From Vitrella brassicaformis CCMP3155 (Eukaryota > Protista > Chromerida), in the NCBI GenBank assembly GCA_001179505.1, contig CDMY01000439.1:1-64000 (forward strand): a stretch of DNA of 64,000 nt, written 5' to 3'. Below, piece by piece: positions 59,318 to 64,000 of the stretch. The notes beneath the pieces are model-generated. The model saw nothing but the letters and a program-made list of their open reading frames with translations. It was not told the origin of the DNA and made no database searches. Each line of letters starts with the position of its first letter. Position 1 is the first letter of the stretch. The translations under genes were made by a program, and so were the position numbers.

Positions 59318-62300
59318 ATGCAGCGAACCGACGCCTTCCTCGCCCTGTTTGCCTTCAGTGCCCTTCTTGCTCTCACAAATGCTGCCCCCTCTGTCACGAT
59401 TTCGCTTCCGGAGGGCAACGTCACCAACCAGCAGTCTGTCCCCATCGACTTCCGCTTCTCGGAGCCGGTTCGCCAGTTCAACGACTCGGCAACATTCATC
59501 GACCTCAAGTGCAAGCAGTGCAGCATTGATCTCACCGAGCTACCCGACGGGCGGTCCTTTTCGGCGACGCTGAACATCGAACACAGCGAGACGGAGGATG
59601 ACCTCATCACCGTCACCCTGACCGACGCTGTCACCGACCTTGCGGGGAACCCCCTCGAGCCTACGAATGTGACCATCGCTTTCAGTGAGCAAGGGGCCCG
59701 GCCCTGTGCATCTGGCGGCAGCGAGGGGGCACCATTTGCATTTCTGTTTCTCATGCGTGCCATGCAGGTGGAGCTATCGAGATCGAGCTGCTTTCCGATC
59801 CTGCTCTTCCGCTCTACAAAAATCAATACTTCACAAACGGGGCCACAGTCACTGCCATCCTCCGCTTCGACACTGACGTGGTCGATGCCGTCATCAGCTT
59901 CCAGAACGGTCTACGACTGATCGAGCCTGATGGGACCACGGTGTCTTCACAGACGCCCGTTTTCTCATCGGAATACACGGACTGTGGGGAGGCGTCAGCA
60001 AAGAAGGCGTGTCTCAATGTGACGTATACCGTGCTGACCGAGGGACTGTGGACGGTGGAGCTACCCAAGGACAGCGTTGCTGACATGGCGGGCAACCAAA
60101 ATGACAAAGTAGACATCGTCTTCTCTGTGGGTAAGTCAGAAGAGCCTGTCTGAGCAATCTGTTGCTCTGCTGTTCCATCTTGTTTTCTTGCTCAGATAGG
60201 ACAGGTCCGGTGCCGCGGTTCTACTCTCTGCTTTCAGACGTGGGTCTGCCGGACATGTCCGTCTCAGTCAATTTCCAGGAGAAGGTCACCGGAGTGACAG
60301 TCGATGATTTCACCTTCACCGGCCCACTCACGTACACCAATCTGGCTGTCAAGGAGCGGCTGGACGAGGCATGGACCTTCTCGTTCGACGCGACGAATGA
60401 GGGGTCGACCACGATCGGGGTCGTGTGCGCCGGTAGCGATATTGTTGATGTCGCTGGGAATCCATGCGTTGACGATGCAGAGAGCTCCATCAATCTCACC
60501 TACAGTGAGCCAATAAAGAAGCAGACAGAAGAGATATCACATCGTGCTAGATGACGAAGACCGTCTGTGTCTCGCCATTTGTAAAACAGACTCCAGTATT
60601 CTGACCTTTCTCTGGGAGGGAGGCTGGGACAAGTGGACCAACCAGCAGACATATACGCGAAATGGAACCTTTACATGGGCTGTCCAGTCGTTCCCGGTGG
60701 GCATCTTCTCTTCTGACGAGGCCACGCTTGTCGACGCCCAGCTGAATGCCGCGAAAGACGAAGTTGTTTTCACAATGGACTTCGATCAGCCTCCAGAGGA
60801 CACGACGCTAAACGCTACGCTTCTCGTCTATGGGGACATTGACGACACTGCCGGGATCACTCATCTGGTTGGTGCGCGTACACGAGTGAAGTACGACCCT
60901 TGGCCGCCCGATGCACGCATTGAGATCGAATATACGGGAGAGGGCAAGGACCCCAAGGACAAGGACTTGCCGTATTCCGTCTGTCCCCCAAACGACCTGC
61001 AACTGCGATTCTTCTTTTCTGAGGACGTCCGCGACTCGATCAGCCTCCAAGGTGCAATCGGCATCAGCGCTTCGGCGGGCGCCGAAGCCATCGCCCCCCA
61101 AGTGACAAACAACTTAGCGTCACCGCAGGCTGGCGAGTACGCAACAGAGCATACCTACACTGTGCACCTCGCTCCGGGTAATGCAAAGGCGATCAACGGA
61201 TTTGTCGACTTCATTTTACCGGAAGGCTCAGTCTCCGACCGGGCTGGCAATTCAAACAGAGCAGAAAACAAGACCCTCTTCATCGGTGAGCAAGGCAGTT
61301 TATTCGTCGAGGAGAGGAAAAACATGGCTTTCTTTGCACTTAGATGGTGTTAATCCTGACTGCGCCTTGTCTCTCCTCGAGCCGGCCTCACCGGATTCGT
61401 TTGTCGTGGAAGCTGTGTCCAGCCTGGCTTGTAGCGAGACTATCAAAGACTGTCGAGATCACGCGTTCCTGCTCATCATCCTCGACCAGCAGGGCCAGCA
61501 GGTTGTCGGCACAGAGACAGAGCTCGGAATCGGGCAACACGTTGACAGGACGGAGACAGGGGAGAAGCTGCTGGTCAACAGGAAACTGCATGAGGACCAG
61601 CTGCTGAGGGTCAAGAAGAAGGCTTGCCGCGACTATGCTGGCAACCGGGGACCAGCGGCCAATATAGAAGTGGTCATACCGAAGCTCCCTCCAGGGGCGA
61701 CCCTCCCTCCAGCAAGTGGGCGAGAGCACTTTTGTCCACGACCATTTTTGCCTCATTGCGCTCGCGTCTCCATTTAGACACCTTCAGTCTGGTGAAGAAC
61801 CTTACTGGGCCTGGTGGGAGAACTGACGTCTTCGACATTGATATGGAAACTGTAGGTTTTCCAAGAAGCGAGACATGTGTTCACGTCTGCGTTGCTTGTG
61901 TTTTGAAGGTTACGGATGATATCGATGCCATAAGTGACCCGGACGGCATTGCGGAAAGCGAGATCACCCGAAGTGCAGATGTGCTGTTCGAAGACCTCCC
62001 CCCTGATCTGGGCAGCGCATTCAGCCTTCACACACACAAGCTATATGCTGCAGTCACACTGGTACGCAAGGGAACGGGCCGAAGTCCCAGCCATGGAGAT
62101 GACTGCATTTGAATCAGGCAAGCACAGCTAAATACAGGCCGGATGAAATTCCTGAAGGCCGGCCGCGACCCACAGGATCGATAGGCAAAGGCGAAGAGGA
62201 TGGTGATCCTGTCTATATCATGGCTCGAGACCTCTTCAGCTCGCTCATTCAGGTATGCACTCATGCACACATCGATACCCAGAGCGTCGCATGCATGTCA

Positions 62301-64000
62301 GGCGTATCGGCTGCGCACGGCGAGCTTGACGGAGGTCCCCATATCCTCGGCTGAAGCTCTTCTCTCAGCCAAAGCGGTGGAGACAGCCGTGGATCTCTTC
62401 GAGTCCACGACAACATTTGACGTGCCATCGGGGCAGAAAGGGGCGGAGATATTCGATCTCCAGGTCGACATTACTCGCCAAACAGTGGAATCATGGCGAC
62501 TTGAGGACTGGGTACAGAATGTCTCGAACCCACGAATGACCCCCGTAACGCTCAGCCAGAAGGAGCGCAGCAAGATCCGCCAGGCTGTAGAAACCTCACT
62601 TACGTCTGCTGCCTCCCTCGGGAGACAAATCGGAGGCCTCCCAGCCACCGTGGGACCAAGCGAGACCGCCACCCTCACACGAAATATCGGCGAGTCTACT
62701 GGCCGCCTTGGCGATTCCTCTCTCTACCTGCTGGGTGATCCGGAAAGCACTCTGGAGGTGTCAGGGAGGTAAGACGCAAAGAGGCTGCATTCGCGAAAGC
62801 TGTAAAGATGATGTGTCATTGATTGCAGCAAGCTGGACTGTCAGATGGCGCTGCGGGTGGTGAATACCTCATCAAGACTTGCTCTTAACATCTCGGGCAC
62901 GAATGTCTCAGTCGCGGTACCAAATGTGACGATCCCAGTCCCAAGCGCAAAATCATCACGCCGCCTCCGGCGACATCTTCAAGCAAGCCAGCCTCCCCAA
63001 TGCGCGAGTCAGCTTTCAACTCCCTCAGGGCAGTTAATTTGGTGGCGAGATGGTCTGTACTCGGGCGGCAGACAGGACGACACAGCGGCGGTCGACGCGA
63101 CGGTCGAGAGCATGCTGAACAAGCCACAGAGGGAGCTGGAGACAAGCGCTTGGGAGGGCAAGGGCGGCACCCTCACGGCCGCGGTGAGATGCATAGGCAG
63201 ATTCACCAAAGGCCCGCACCTCCAGTGTCTCACCGTATGCAGGCGAGATATTGCGACGAAGAGGTCCCGTTGCAGCTGCAGAGGACGGAAGAGCCTATTG
63301 TTTTGCACATTCCCAGACCTAACTCCGACAGCAACAGCCGCCAGGGCACTTTTGGCGATGAGTACGGGGTTGTGAAGATCAACGGGCGGCTGGAGGTGAT
63401 GAACACGACCCAGGCAATGAAGCACGGGCGTCCATTCATCATCACGACGCAGCTCGCATGTGGGTACTTCGACTATGCAACACAGCAATGGAGCACGGCA
63501 GGTACAGACGGTCAGACGGGGAGCAGCGGTATCTCTACTTTTTACCATCGTCGTGTCTCTGCTTCCAGGCTGTTATCAGAACACCTCCCTGACAACCGCC
63601 GACACAATCGTTTGCGAGTGCTATCACCTATCAGACTTCAGCGTCGTGTTCAGGTCCACCTCACCCCACAAATGCAGGCAGAAATGAGTGGCTCCCGCAT
63701 GTTTGGCCTTCTGTGCAGTACGGTAATTAGGGACAGCAGCTTCGCCAGCGTCATTGCTGAATCACAGGAGGCGCTTAAGCGACTGGCAGATACCCGCGAG
63801 TGGGAGAAGAATGTGGCTGCACGATTCATCCTTTTCGAGGTAGCGATCATGCTGCTCTTCCTCGTCCTGGCTGTCTGGTGGGACCGCACGCACAAGTGAG
63901 CAAAGCTCAGCCAGCGGAGGCATCTTGCACAATCTCCAGATGTTGTCAAAATGTGAACGTGCAGGATGTCAGACGATGATCTGATGGACATGTGGATGAC
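59318..64000 (+). CDS. Polycystin-1-like GAIN/GPS receptor B with tandem bacterial-type Ig-like repeats; runs off the right edge
   Basis: Signal peptide MQRTDAFLALFAFSALLALTNA; repeats ending DLAGN, DMAGN, DVAGN, DRAGN, DYAGN with FSEPV/FQEKV; GESTGRLGD shared with receptor A; CGYFDYATQQWSTAG/C..IVCECYHLSDFSVVF GPS; TM ILFEVAIMLLFLVLAVWW. Confidence 0.88.

Noticed and set aside
1-64000. rRNA, tRNA or prokaryotic operon features
   Set aside because: None recognised by eye; a tRNAscan-SE or Infernal run would be needed to exclude short RNAs

Overview
Eukaryotic, intron-rich, GC-rich genomic DNA with GT-AG introns full of (ACAG)n, (AC)n and (GCCA)n microsatellites. This looks most like a chromerid alga such as Vitrella brassicaformis; that is an inference from sequence style and gene content, not a database result. 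There are two 300-N gaps (4746-5045, 30628-30927). Left to right: (1) a ~2.26-kb tandem array with an unknown Trp/Cys-tailed gene and part of a second gene, plus an inverted chimeric paralog; (2) an orphan DNA-polymerase CysB-like fragment; (3) four paralogs arranged A>B><B'<A', with signal+transit-like leaders and a possible degenerate NYN/PIN fold, where both minus-strand copies are frameshifted; (4) a QUARTET3-like polygalacturonase; (5) a SPAG17/PF6 flagellar central-pair gene; (6) a ~20-kb patchwork of decayed or duplicated exons, with a perfect 49-bp hairpin, a copia RT fragment, PNGase- and PLA2-like fragments and a dispersed ~0.8-kb repeat lying between divergent genes; (7) a multi-pass membrane ORF broken by one TAA; (8) two divergent GAIN/GPS polycystin-1-like receptor paralogs with different ectodomains, flanking a disordered protein with tandem AIM/LIR-like motifs. 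All exon models were read by eye and their boundaries are approximate unless stated.
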